Assembly (NCBI GenBank): GCA_014728035.1
Contig: WJMJ01000135.1
Span: forward strand, 1 to 29,346
Reading direction: 5' to 3'
DNA from: Promethearchaeota archaeon
Lineage (GTDB): Archaea > Asgardarchaeota > Thorarchaeia > Thorarchaeales > Thorarchaeaceae
DNA length: 29,346 nt
The position numbers and the translations under genes are program-made. Shown here one piece after another: positions 10,201 to 18,610 of the stretch (the stretch's first letter is position 1; every line of letters starts with the position of its first letter). The notes under the pieces were generated by a model. It ran no database searches. It was not told where the DNA came from and saw only the letters and a program-made list of their open reading frames with translations.

Positions 10201-10250
10201 CTGAAGAAGGAATAGTCGATGAGGTAACACTGTTTCTAACAGTAACCTAA
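7239..10250 (+). CDS. UPF0182-family polytopic membrane protein with a large extracytoplasmic domain
   Basis: About 8 N-terminal TM segments, then VRQWD, FINQHLYYTH..G, IYYGEG, DTDPYIVV, NYMR..VD..TG, WPEDMYETQ, YHV, YGN. GAGGTG RBS precedes ATG 7239; the ORF track starts at 7200. Confidence 0.85.
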   Translation: MRVMRTIIILIIVAVISTVVLGSVYGFFLGQTIYQNTFYTKAGVDFWATWTLRNNIFTASVLLTILSMITFPQRSTFLSLISTIASDGKTTSKLTIHQAIGWRILQAIALFLIYVSIGGYSFTGQNVAFLMMLTSDGSITINASQLQLLFSLPFYPQTSSSTIVGLIPAMEAYQLYLGLVATFVLFTAGRFVLALISNILSQKRDAYLVVSLGSFAVGFGILLEILGVPMWTVNAGTYLSYLALLVGLAASFIAGFMFAIARLRSGGTTQRTKSKITQLEQDLARLQGELLSVRQEYEEGSMDFASFERRVKLLQEDQYYIKEELRRLKIARIVPIMGSDRSYGCVALFLIVVVMVLPIAQVVLYDIPMDGDQYLQWKFNYETTKEITITNWAAGLENMQIQTLDDLTSNATPESEVESLTTVRQWDQTASYKRMKNQIGTNWMQLSDSDIVYLGGHEYWVAPLTFDTSRTKTNFINQHLYYTHTEGMVVLDAYSGDLIENENLIALINSSADINIYYGEGDGFSDVAFVNVPGFTEVGNATFSASPDYTLSGFESLFYMFTMGPEAWSFMGRDMNMLVERDVLSRVRSVLLQGLTADTDPYIVVDDTGRLHYAVSVYIDYKLATGYAHENYMRFIGQILVDIETGDLSFYKSPIETDEFFIDKTYMEYYPWLETPDWLQSQMKWPEDMYETQLEVAYIYHVDDGLVWRGGLDFHQTPDGSDTRYIIMQIGGEERFVAMHNTEFRDSMGRNLAGLYVMGCGNKNFGELIFYSAGELGFSTLLGPNAAVQAFETADEVRTQLQLWGDHRYGNRLLYHLGGDLFFVIPVFLEVETSSAIVIEKLGGVGLVDALTGERVELGSNVVEAYYKMFGLLNQTVVEEGNVGVESAVFNPVTIESGEFADLVTLLRNNDNVTHNLTLDVVISTGNFSVEWHGSEVTPITYAANTTYSMNIGLVGPGDSYGTSPKITAFLPSGLVFAQYVVQVVLRTEEGIVDEVTLFLTVT

Positions 10251-10290
10251 AGAGCGGTTCAAACGAATCGCTCTCTCACATCTTTTTATT
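10251..10290 (+). terminator. Hairpin plus pyrimidine tract after the UPF0182 gene
   Basis: AGAGCGGTTC-aaac-GAATCGCTCT (10-bp stem, one G-U pair) directly after the stop, then ctcacatctttttatt. Confidence 0.7.
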
Positions 10291-10388
10291 TCTATCATCT
10301 TATTATATGAAGTATTAGCTCAATCTTTAATGTTCTTCTACTTGTATTTCATTCCGTTGATTTTTTGCTTTGAGAACTTATTGTCTTA

Positions 10389-10404
10389 CGAATAAGTTTA
10401 TGAA
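10389..10404 (+). promoter_or_regulatory. Candidate archaeal BRE/TATA promoter of the nuoJKLMN-like operon
   Basis: CGAATAAG-TTTATGAA about 60 nt upstream of the first gene. Confidence 0.45.
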
Positions 10405-10455
10405 GCTGCACCGATGGCCGAATCATCAACAACCACCAATAAAGCCTAGGCGGGT

Positions 10456-10749
10456 TTGTCGATGATTTCAGAACCATTCGAGTTTGCACAACTTATTATC
10501 CTGGTCCTAGCTGTGGTTTTCCTTGTTATCGCAATCGAATATAGAAAATTGTCTTTTGCAATCATATCGTTTGCTGTTGGTAACGGTTTTCTAAGCCTTG
10601 CCTTCTTTGCGCTTGGTGCTCCTATTGTAGCAGCCTTCAATTTCAGCGTCTTCTCTGGCGCTTTCTTGATTGTCTTTCTAGCTACAATGAACCTTGATGC
10701 TCCTGAGGAAGAACCAGCTAATCCAGAGAAAGCGGAGGTGACTGAGTGA
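10456..10749 (+). CDS. NuoJ N-terminal-half / MbhD-like small membrane subunit
   Basis: Three TM helices. SLAFFALGAPIVAAFNFSVFSGA matches the NuoJ/MbhD 'l.A.fvA..q..Vy.GA' pattern. Start is TTG 10456 or ATG 10462. Confidence 0.75.
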   Translation: MSMISEPFEFAQLIILVLAVVFLVIAIEYRKLSFAIISFAVGNGFLSLAFFALGAPIVAAFNFSVFSGAFLIVFLATMNLDAPEEEPANPEKAEVTE

Positions 10750-11021
10750 TGAAACATAAAATCGTCGCTGCAGTACTCTCAATTGTCATAATTATCCTAG
10801 TCGGATACCAGTTGATAGATTTCTCAGTTTTTGTCATGGGAACTCCAGCAGGTGGTACCCAATCAGCCGACCTTGCAAACGCTGGGCAAGTCTTGGAAGT
10901 TCTTCGAGACTGGATCTCATCGTATCGAGCGGTTGATGTACTCATTCAAGCAACTCTTTTGCTTGCAGCAGTTATGGGTGTATCAGCTCTTGTCAGGTCG
11001 ATGTACATGGAGGAGTCTTAA
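10749..11021 (+). CDS. NuoJ C-terminal-half / MbhE-like small membrane subunit
   Basis: Two TM helices. YRAVDVLIQATLLLAAVMG resembles the MbhE/MrpA-C 'yR..DtlgE..vl..A..g' motif. TGATG overlap with the upstream gene, with a GGAGGTG RBS. Confidence 0.7.
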   Translation: MKHKIVAAVLSIVIIILVGYQLIDFSVFVMGTPAGGTQSADLANAGQVLEVLRDWISSYRAVDVLIQATLLLAAVMGVSALVRSMYMEES

Positions 11022-11023
11022 TT

Positions 11024-11353
11024 ATGTTTGACATGCTTCATATCTATCTGATTGCAGGACTTGTGCTGTATGTGTTGGGAATATACACACTTGCAAGTGC
11101 AAGGAATATGATCAAGCTTGTACTAGGAATCGAGATTCTTGTGGCAGCAGCCAACTTGAATTTCTTAGCACTTGCTGGATTCACACTTAATCCGAGTACT
11201 CTTGGACCTATTGACCCAATGGCACAGACTTTCGTTATTCTATCGATTTGTGTTGGCGGAGCAATCGCGGCGGTAGCAATGAGTCTGATTGTTAATGCTT
11301 ACCGTCATTACGGTACACTTGATGTACGAGAGCTTAGGAGGCTAAGAGGATGA
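11024..11353 (+). CDS. nuoK: NuoK/MrpC-like subunit
   Basis: RNMIKLVLGIEIL..AANLNF, AQTFVI, YRHYGTLDV..L..LRG. GGAGG RBS. Confidence 0.85.
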   Translation: MFDMLHIYLIAGLVLYVLGIYTLASARNMIKLVLGIEILVAAANLNFLALAGFTLNPSTLGPIDPMAQTFVILSICVGGAIAAVAMSLIVNAYRHYGTLDVRELRRLRG

Positions 11354-13365
11354 TTTTTCCATTAGAATTAGCTGGCTGGCTGGTATTTGTTATCCCCGTA
11401 ATTGGTGCATTACTTACTCCAATATTTGGGAAAATACACGGAACGCTACGGGATGCAATGGCAGTTATAGTTGGATTCGCGACTGCGTTCTTTGCTGTTG
11501 ATATGGGCCTCGACTTGTTGTTCAATCCACGAGTCATTGATCTAAGCCTATTGAAATGGACCGTTATCGGAAACACTGCAATTGAATTTGGTGTATTGAT
11601 AGACCCATTGAGTGTTCTACTTGCATGCATTGCAGGTGGTATTGGCTCACTGATCATTCTCTTCAGTATTGGATATATGACCGGACATGATGAAGATGGT
11701 CATGTCATTAAGGATCCAAGTCTGACACGTTATTATTTCTTCATGCAATTCTTTGTTGCTGGAATGATTCTGCTGGTCATGGCTAATAATCTCCTGATGA
11801 CCTTCATTGGTTGGGAGATTGTTGGTATGTGTAGCTATGCATTGATTGGTTTCTGGCATAATGTCAAGGAGCCTAGCCCTGTTCCAGAATATGAAACTGA
11901 GGGCGAATACAATGCTGCTTGCGGAATGAAAGCCTTCATGGTCACACGTGTAGGTGATATCGGTCTTCTTGCAGGTATTGTCATGTTATTCTTCTTGACT
12001 GGAACCTTCAACTACACAGAAATTCTTGAAACCGCACCAACATGGATTGCCGGGCTTACAAGCTTCACAGCTTGGTTATTACCTGTGATTGGAATTCTTA
12101 TTTTTGCTGGTCCTATTGGCAAAAGTGCACAATTCCCATTACACATATGGTTGCCAGAAGCGATGGCCGGACCTACTACTGTTAGCGCACTTATTCATGC
12201 TGCAGCAATGGTCAAGGCTGGAGTCTATCTGGTCGCACGAATAGTCCCTCTATTCATCGAGATCGCTATCGATGTGGCGGGATTAATTATTTTCTTCCAA
12301 GTGGTTGCTTGGATTGGTGCAATTACTGCATTCATGGCTGCAACAATGGCTATGGTTCAAGACGAGATCAAGAAAGTTCTTGCATATTCCACAATATCAC
12401 AGCTTGGTTACATGTTTATGGCTCTGGGCGCTACTGGACTTGTCGCAGAAAGCGTAGCAGCATACAGTGCTGGTGCCTTCCACTTACTTGCTCACGCAAT
12501 ATTCAAGGCGCTACTGTTTCTTGCAGCTGGTTCTGTACTTCATACAGTTCAGAGCAAGTCTATGAAGGATATGGGTGGTCTTGGCAGAGATATGAAAGTC
12601 ACTGCAGTTACCTTTACATTTGGTGCTTTGGCTTTGTCTGGAGTTCCTCCGTTTATTGGGTTCTTCTCAAAGGAACTCATCTTTGAGGCACTATGGCATG
12701 GGCATCAGTACATCCTGTTCATCATGGCTTTTGTGACCGCTATTCTAACAGCATTCTATACATTCAGGATGCTTGGAATGACCTTCTTTGGTGAGAAATC
12801 CGACCACGTAAAAGAACTTGAATCTCATGGACATCACATTCACGAATCACCCCTAGTAATGACTATCCCTCTCATGATACTTGCCTTTGCGGCTTTGATT
12901 GGAGGCTTTTTAGAAGGATACTTCTTCAATTTCTTCGTTCCAATTGGAGAGGGATTGACTCATGCTTTTGAGTGGACTCACCTACCTGTATTTCCAATTG
13001 GCATTACAACACTTTTCACAGCAGTAGTGCTAATTGTGGGAATCGTACCTTCTTACTTCATTTACTTCAAGGGTAAAGGTGACTTTTCTGGACTAAGAAA
13101 TGGCCCTCTTGGCAAATTCTTGGAGAATCGTTGGTACATCAATTCACTCTTCACTAGAATATTCGTTGATGGATATCTCTGGGCAAGTGCCGGATTGAAG
13201 AACACACTCGAAGCTGCATTACTCAAATTCAGTGGAAGTGTAGCTGAGGGAATGGACGACACTTCAAGAACATGGAGAAAGACCATGACTGGTGTGCTCA
13301 ATACAAATGTCTTGGGCATGATGATGGGAATCATCGCGTTTCTCCTGATACTCATCTTCCTATAG
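11350..13365 (+). CDS. nuoL: NuoL-like proton-translocating antiporter subunit
   Basis: DPLS, GWEIVG, KAFMVTRVGD, GKSAQFPLHIWLPEAMAGPT..SALIHAA.MVKAG, KKVLAYSTISQLGYM, HAIFKALLFL, GFFSKE, plus a C-terminal lateral helix and final TM. Confidence 0.93.
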   Translation: MIFPLELAGWLVFVIPVIGALLTPIFGKIHGTLRDAMAVIVGFATAFFAVDMGLDLLFNPRVIDLSLLKWTVIGNTAIEFGVLIDPLSVLLACIAGGIGSLIILFSIGYMTGHDEDGHVIKDPSLTRYYFFMQFFVAGMILLVMANNLLMTFIGWEIVGMCSYALIGFWHNVKEPSPVPEYETEGEYNAACGMKAFMVTRVGDIGLLAGIVMLFFLTGTFNYTEILETAPTWIAGLTSFTAWLLPVIGILIFAGPIGKSAQFPLHIWLPEAMAGPTTVSALIHAAAMVKAGVYLVARIVPLFIEIAIDVAGLIIFFQVVAWIGAITAFMAATMAMVQDEIKKVLAYSTISQLGYMFMALGATGLVAESVAAYSAGAFHLLAHAIFKALLFLAAGSVLHTVQSKSMKDMGGLGRDMKVTAVTFTFGALALSGVPPFIGFFSKELIFEALWHGHQYILFIMAFVTAILTAFYTFRMLGMTFFGEKSDHVKELESHGHHIHESPLVMTIPLMILAFAALIGGFLEGYFFNFFVPIGEGLTHAFEWTHLPVFPIGITTLFTAVVLIVGIVPSYFIYFKGKGDFSGLRNGPLGKFLENRWYINSLFTRIFVDGYLWASAGLKNTLEAALLKFSGSVAEGMDDTSRTWRKTMTGVLNTNVLGMMMGIIAFLLILIFL

Positions 13366-13378
13366 GAGGCTGAAAGAC

Positions 13379-14902
13379 ATGCAATTATTCACACTACCAA
13401 TACTCTCGGAATATCCAATGATTCTAACACTTCTCGGCCTCATAGCAGGTGGGTTACTGACCTTACTAGTGGGACAAAAATCTGAGAAGGGTGGTCGAGC
13501 TCTTGCTGCACTATCCCTACTTGGAGGCCTGTTCCTCAATGTTTTACTGGTCTTGCAGATTTGGAATGGTGGTACTGTATTCCATGACATTGTATGGCTT
13601 GGAAATGCAGCTAACCCAATAATGACTCTTGGCTTTCTAGGTGATGGTCTCAGTGCTGCTGTAGCAATTCTTATCCTTGGCCTTGGTCTATTCTCAGTTC
13701 TGTTTTCATTTGTCTATATGAAGGAACTCGAAAATCCAGGACTCTACTACTCACTAATGGTCTGGTTCATCGCAGCTATGGTTGGTGTTGTCTACGCAAC
13801 CAATCTCATGCAGTTCTTCATATTCTATGAACTGATGTTGATTCCTGCATTCATTCTTGTCTATCTTTATGGTGTATCTGAGGATGCACAAGAGAGATCA
13901 AAAAATGCTTTGCAGTTCTGGGTCTGGACAGCTTTAGGTGGTCTGATATCTCTATTTGCCACTTTTATCCTGTTTGGAGCTACTGGAACTATGGACATCG
14001 CAGCTCTATATTCTGCCCCTCTCGCAGTCACTACTGCACAGACTATAGGCATTCTCTTCTTACTTGGATTCGGAATCAAGTTGGGCCTAGTACCATTACA
14101 CGTTTGGGCCCCTCCCGTCTATAGAGAAGCTCCAATGCCTGTATTGGTCTTATTGAGTGGTGCAATGACAAAGACCGCTGCATATGGTGTAATTCGTATT
14201 GTAATTCCAATTATTTGGGCTTCAATGGAAACCTTTGCTACTGGTCTTATGGCAATTGCAATCATTACCATGTTTTACGGTGCTATGATGGCAATAGCGC
14301 AGAAAGACCTGAAGATGATGCTTGCTTACTCCAGTATTAGTCAGCTAGGTTATCTGATGTTTGGTTATTCATCCATGACTCTGATAGGTCTAAGTGGAGC
14401 AGCATTCCAATTGATAAATCATGGAATTCTAGCGAGCCTAATGTTCTTCTGTGCTGGCGCTCTTAAAATGAAGACTGGCACCTTACAGTTTGATAAACTG
14501 GGTGGCTTAGCACCAAAAATGCCAGCATTTGCAACCATTTTCATTATCGGTGCGCTTGCTCTTGCTGGAACACCTCCCCTATCTGCATTTGCTGGAGAAT
14601 GGATGATTTTTGCAGGCGCAGCACAGTTAGCAACTTCTGCTGATGCAACTCTAGTACATGTGATTCTGACTATTCTTGGTGTTGTTGCAACTGGTCTAAC
14701 CGCTGGTTATTATCTTTGGTCCGTTAGAAGGATATTCTATGGACAAGTGCCTGCGGAGCTTGAACAAGTCGATGATCCTCCAAAGACAATTCTTGGAATT
14801 GGTGCAATTCTTGCTCTGATTGTGGTTGTACTGGGTGTTTGGCCTTGGATTTTGTGGAGATTTATGAATCCCGTTCTATCGGGACTACTTGGAGGTTGGT
14901 AA
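13379..14902 (+). CDS. nuoM: NuoM-like antiporter subunit
   Basis: DGLS, FYELMLIP, IKLGLVPLHVW, KTAAYG, DLKMMLAYSSISQLG, NHG, PPLSAFAGE (the TM12 Glu typical of NuoM). Confidence 0.9.
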   Translation: MQLFTLPILSEYPMILTLLGLIAGGLLTLLVGQKSEKGGRALAALSLLGGLFLNVLLVLQIWNGGTVFHDIVWLGNAANPIMTLGFLGDGLSAAVAILILGLGLFSVLFSFVYMKELENPGLYYSLMVWFIAAMVGVVYATNLMQFFIFYELMLIPAFILVYLYGVSEDAQERSKNALQFWVWTALGGLISLFATFILFGATGTMDIAALYSAPLAVTTAQTIGILFLLGFGIKLGLVPLHVWAPPVYREAPMPVLVLLSGAMTKTAAYGVIRIVIPIIWASMETFATGLMAIAIITMFYGAMMAIAQKDLKMMLAYSSISQLGYLMFGYSSMTLIGLSGAAFQLINHGILASLMFFCAGALKMKTGTLQFDKLGGLAPKMPAFATIFIIGALALAGTPPLSAFAGEWMIFAGAAQLATSADATLVHVILTILGVVATGLTAGYYLWSVRRIFYGQVPAELEQVDDPPKTILGIGAILALIVVVLGVWPWILWRFMNPVLSGLLGGW

Positions 14903-14903
14903 A

Positions 14904-16469
14904 ATGCAATTAGATCTATTCATCATTCCTGAGCTTAGTACAGTGATGCCTGTTTTGGTTCCTGTACTCTTTGCCCTACTCACGGCAGTATTATCTGAAT
15001 TGGTCCTGTTTTTGAAGAAACAGGTACCAAGAGGTCTCCCTGATGTCATCGCAATCATCGGGTTTGCCTTTACTTTCCTCTACACATTTCTCTTGGCCTT
15101 GGAAGTTTGGCCTAATGGAGTTTCCACATGGACATTTGGAAATACTGCAGGTAGTCCTTTAGCGGTAGTTCTTGCTGCAGACATGTTCTCAGTGATGTTG
15201 ATGGGGCTATTCAGCTTCATGGGTCTTGTAGTAGCTATCTATTCAGTTGGTTATATGAAGGAGGACAGTAGACTTCCACAGTACTACGTATTACTCCTGA
15301 TTATGGTTGCTGGAATGAACGGAGTAGTCATCTCAGGTGACCTGTTTACTCTATTCTTGTTCTATGAGACCATGGGACTCTCTAGTTTCATCCTTGTTGC
15401 GTTCAAGCGTAACTGGGAGGGCATCGAAGCAGCTATCAAGTATCTAATGATGTCAGCAATCGGGTCAACTTTGATTTTATATTCGTCAAGCTTTCTCTAT
15501 GGTTTGACCGGTACACTGAACTTGGGTGCCATGTCTTTAGCACTTCAATCCAGTCCTGAAAATCCAATGATTCCGATTCTAATTGCATTACTGATTGCAG
15601 GATTTGGTGTGAAAGGAGCAATTGTTCCCTTTGCCGCATGGTTAGCAGATGCTCATCCTGCAGCTCCGTCTGGTATCAGTGCAATGCTTTCAGGGGTGGT
15701 CATCAAAGTAGGAGTTTACGGAATTATTCGTGTGAACACACTTCTGTTCTCCATGGTTTCCCAATACTTCAACTGGCCACTTCTAATTGGTATTTTTGCT
15801 TTGGTGACTATGACTGCTGGAAATCTTTGGGCTCTTACTCAGAAAGACTTGAAGAGAATGCTTGCTTACAGTTCAATTGCACAGATCGGATTCATACTCT
15901 TTGCATTTGGTACAGCAACAGAATTTGGCTATCAATCCGGAGCATTCTATATCGTGAGTCATGCTTTAACCAAAGGACTTCTGTTCCTTTGCGCAGGAGC
16001 TTTCTTGCATTCGATTGGTTCAAGGAATTTAGACGACTTAGAGGGTATAGGCAAGAAGATGCCAATTGCTGGTGCTTTTTTCGCTATAGGAATTCTCTCA
16101 CTTATGGGAATGCCACCTATGGCTGGATTCTATGCCAAGTTCCTCATTCTTGCTGCGGGTGCTGAGATAGGTCTTGTGAACGGATACTACATGGCATTCA
16201 CATTGATTGCTATTGTCAATGCAATTATCGGTCTTGGCTACTACCTGAGAATGTTAACCACTGTTTGGTTTAAGCCTGTGTCTGAAGCTTCTGAAAAAGC
16301 TCATAGATCGCACCCAGCTATTATCTTTGGAATGTTTGTTCTTGGTGTAGCTCTACTGGTCATAGGTGTCTTTCCTGGACCAATATATAGTGTTACTGAA
16401 GCAGCCGGAAGTGCTCTCTATAATTTCAGTGATTTTGTCTTACAGATTTTGAGTGCAGGAACCCCATAA
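14904..16469 (+). CDS. nuoN: NuoN/MrpD-like antiporter subunit
   Basis: GDLFTLFLFYE, EAAIKY, KGAIVPF..WL.DAHPAAP, KRMLAYSSIAQIG, PPMAGFYAKF (TM12 Lys), YYLR. GGAGGT RBS precedes ATG 14904; the ORF track starts at 14889. Confidence 0.85.
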   Translation: MQLDLFIIPELSTVMPVLVPVLFALLTAVLSELVLFLKKQVPRGLPDVIAIIGFAFTFLYTFLLALEVWPNGVSTWTFGNTAGSPLAVVLAADMFSVMLMGLFSFMGLVVAIYSVGYMKEDSRLPQYYVLLLIMVAGMNGVVISGDLFTLFLFYETMGLSSFILVAFKRNWEGIEAAIKYLMMSAIGSTLILYSSSFLYGLTGTLNLGAMSLALQSSPENPMIPILIALLIAGFGVKGAIVPFAAWLADAHPAAPSGISAMLSGVVIKVGVYGIIRVNTLLFSMVSQYFNWPLLIGIFALVTMTAGNLWALTQKDLKRMLAYSSIAQIGFILFAFGTATEFGYQSGAFYIVSHALTKGLLFLCAGAFLHSIGSRNLDDLEGIGKKMPIAGAFFAIGILSLMGMPPMAGFYAKFLILAAGAEIGLVNGYYMAFTLIAIVNAIIGLGYYLRMLTTVWFKPVSEASEKAHRSHPAIIFGMFVLGVALLVIGVFPGPIYSVTEAAGSALYNFSDFVLQILSAGTP

Positions 16470-16492
16470 CGGGTTCTGCTCTCTTCTTTTTT
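16451..16492 (+). terminator. Hairpin plus U-tract ending the nuo-like operon
   Basis: GAGTGCAGGAACCC-cataac-GGGTTCTGCTCTC spanning the stop codon, followed by ttctttttt. Confidence 0.7.
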
Positions 16493-16563
16493 CATTTTCG
16501 ATACCTTTATAGTTGATTTACTGTGCTCCCTTCGAAAAATGTCACCAAAATCTATACTCGTTC

Positions 16564-16587
16564 CAAAGCTTTAATTATATGTAATTA
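16564..16587 (+). promoter_or_regulatory. Candidate BRE/TATA promoter of the sulfate operon with an overlapping near-palindrome
   Basis: CAAAGC-TTTAATTA, overlapped by TAATTA-tatg-TAATTA at 16572-16587. Confidence 0.45.
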
Positions 16588-16637
16588 CGGGCTGAGTTAT
16601 AGTTCAAGTTGATATCAAAAGAAGCGGAGGCGATAAA

Positions 16638-17405
16638 ATGATTGTAATCTTTCTAGTTTTATTCACAATTGCATTCATCTGCGAATATGCAGCAGCAACA
16701 CTAGGTATGGGTTACGGTACAACACTCGCTCCAATACTGTTGATTGCAGGGTATGCTCCTTTGGTTCTAGTACCTGTCATCCTCTTCAGTCAGTTCTTTG
16801 CAGGCTTCATAGCTGCAGCATTTCATCATAAATTCGAGAATATGGATCTGAAGAAAAAGGAGGAACGAACTGCTTTCTACATTTTCGCATTGACTGGAAT
16901 AGTTGGTGTGATTGTTTCTATTCTTGTCAGTATCTCTCTACCATCTCTCTTTGTCAAAGTATACATTGCTCTGACTGTCACTATTGTTGGCATTCTTACA
17001 CTAATAGATGGTGACCGTCAATTTTCGTTTTCACAAAAGAAATTGGTTGGAATGGGAATTGTTGCTGCATTCAACAAAGGGATGTCTGGCGGTGGTTATG
17101 GTCCTATAACAACTGCAGGTCAGATGATATGTGGAATATCTCCAAGAGCAGCAGTAGCTATAACTGCACTAGTAGAGGGAATAATCTGTATTATAGGAGT
17201 AATTCTCTATTATTTATTAGCAGCTCCTGTAGACTTATTGTTGTTAATCAGTATAACAGCTGGTGGAATTGTAGCAGCTCCACTATCAGCATTTACTACC
17301 AAGAAATTAGAACAAGAATCTGTAAAGAAATTAGTTGCAGTTTCAATAATTTTGATTGGTTTACTCAGTCTATTCCTTGTGATTTTGAATCCTTCAGGTG
17401 CTTAG
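16638..17405 (+). CDS. TauE/SafE (TSUP) family sulfur-oxyanion transporter
   Basis: About 8 TM helices with two repeats carrying LGMGYGT..P and SGGGYGP motifs. GGAGG RBS. Confidence 0.88.
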   Translation: MIVIFLVLFTIAFICEYAAATLGMGYGTTLAPILLIAGYAPLVLVPVILFSQFFAGFIAAAFHHKFENMDLKKKEERTAFYIFALTGIVGVIVSILVSISLPSLFVKVYIALTVTIVGILTLIDGDRQFSFSQKKLVGMGIVAAFNKGMSGGGYGPITTAGQMICGISPRAAVAITALVEGIICIIGVILYYLLAAPVDLLLLISITAGGIVAAPLSAFTTKKLEQESVKKLVAVSIILIGLLSLFLVILNPSGA

Positions 17406-17453
17406 ATGACAATTTGAACTTCATCGATAATTGAACAACAGGTGACAAATCTT

Positions 17454-18599
17454 ATGATTACTCCCCATGGTGGAAAATTGGTGGACCGAAAGGCTACCAA
17501 CACAGAACGAGAAAAGACATTGAAAGAGTTTGAATCGTATCATACTCTGACATTAGATAAAGAAGATGCTCAAGAGATTGACAATATTGCTTATGGTGTA
17601 TTTAGTCCACTCGAAGGGTTTCTGACACAGAAAGATTTTGAATCAGTCTTAGAAAGTGGAAGGTTAGCTGACAACACACCTTGGACCATTCCTATCGTCT
17701 TAGATGTTGAAAAACGTGAATTGGGTGATGCTAAACAAGGTGACACTCTTGGACTGGTCTATAATGACACACCTACTGCAATTATTGAGGTAGAAGACAT
17801 TTACGAATTTGATAAAATTCAATTCAAGACCAAGATTTTTGCTACTACTGATGAATCACACCCTGGTGTGGCAAAGGTAGATGGAATGAGGCCATTGTTG
17901 GTTGGGGGAAAAATTACTCTACTCAATGATATTGGGAACCCATATCCTGACCATACACTATCTCCAAAACAAACACGAGCACTTTTTGAACAGAAAGGGT
18001 GGAAGTCAGTTGTTGCTTTTCAGACTCGTAACACACCTCATTTGGGTCATGAATATGTTCAGAAGACCGCATTATCTATCACTGATGGACTTTTCATCAA
18101 TCCCTTGATTGGAAAGAAAAAGACAGGGGACTTCAGAGACGAAGTAATTCTTGAATCATACAAGGCCTTGATGGATCATTATTATCCTGAGAAACATGCT
18201 AGCCTGGCAGTACTTCATACGGAAATGCGATACGGTGGTCCAAAAGAAGCAGTACATCACGCCATAATGCGTCAAAATTTTGGTTGTACTCATTTCATTG
18301 TTGGTCGTGATCATGCTGGAGTAGGAGATTTTTATGGTCCATTTGATGCTCATGAGATATTCAATGAGTATCCTGATTTGGAAATCACTCCAATCTTCTT
18401 CAGGTCTTTCTTCTTCTGTAGAAAATGCAATAGCATAGCAAACGATAAAGTATGTCCTCATTCTGGTGATGATATAATTATCTTTGCCGGGCGTAGAATC
18501 CGTGCTATGCTTAACGAAGGGGAAGTCCCTCCTGCAGACATGATGCGCCCAGAAGTAGCTGATACCATTTTGAGTTATGACAAACCATTTGTCGAATAG
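17454..18599 (+). CDS. sat: Sulfate adenylyltransferase (ATP sulfurylase, Sat type)
   Basis: PHGGKLVD, FSPLEGF, WTIPIVL, FQTRN.PHLGHE, MRYGGPKEA, HFIVGRDHAGVG, Zn motif CRKC..CPH, MRPEV. AGGTGA RBS precedes ATG 17454; the ORF track starts at 17442. Confidence 0.97.
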   Translation: MITPHGGKLVDRKATNTEREKTLKEFESYHTLTLDKEDAQEIDNIAYGVFSPLEGFLTQKDFESVLESGRLADNTPWTIPIVLDVEKRELGDAKQGDTLGLVYNDTPTAIIEVEDIYEFDKIQFKTKIFATTDESHPGVAKVDGMRPLLVGGKITLLNDIGNPYPDHTLSPKQTRALFEQKGWKSVVAFQTRNTPHLGHEYVQKTALSITDGLFINPLIGKKKTGDFRDEVILESYKALMDHYYPEKHASLAVLHTEMRYGGPKEAVHHAIMRQNFGCTHFIVGRDHAGVGDFYGPFDAHEIFNEYPDLEITPIFFRSFFFCRKCNSIANDKVCPHSGDDIIIFAGRRIRAMLNEGEVPPADMMRPEVADTILSYDKPFVE

Positions 18600-18610
18600 A
18601 GGTATCAGAA

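Noticed and set aside
10456-16469. Mrp Na+/H+ antiporter or Mbh/Mbx operon
   Set aside because: There are three large antiporter subunits with NuoL/NuoM signatures, and no MrpE/F/G or catalytic subunits.
16451-16483. GAACCC...GGG hairpin resembling an archaeal SECIS
   Set aside because: The GAA is fully paired with TTC rather than bulged opposite an A, the upstream genes have no in-frame TGA, and a U-tract follows. A terminator is the simpler reading.
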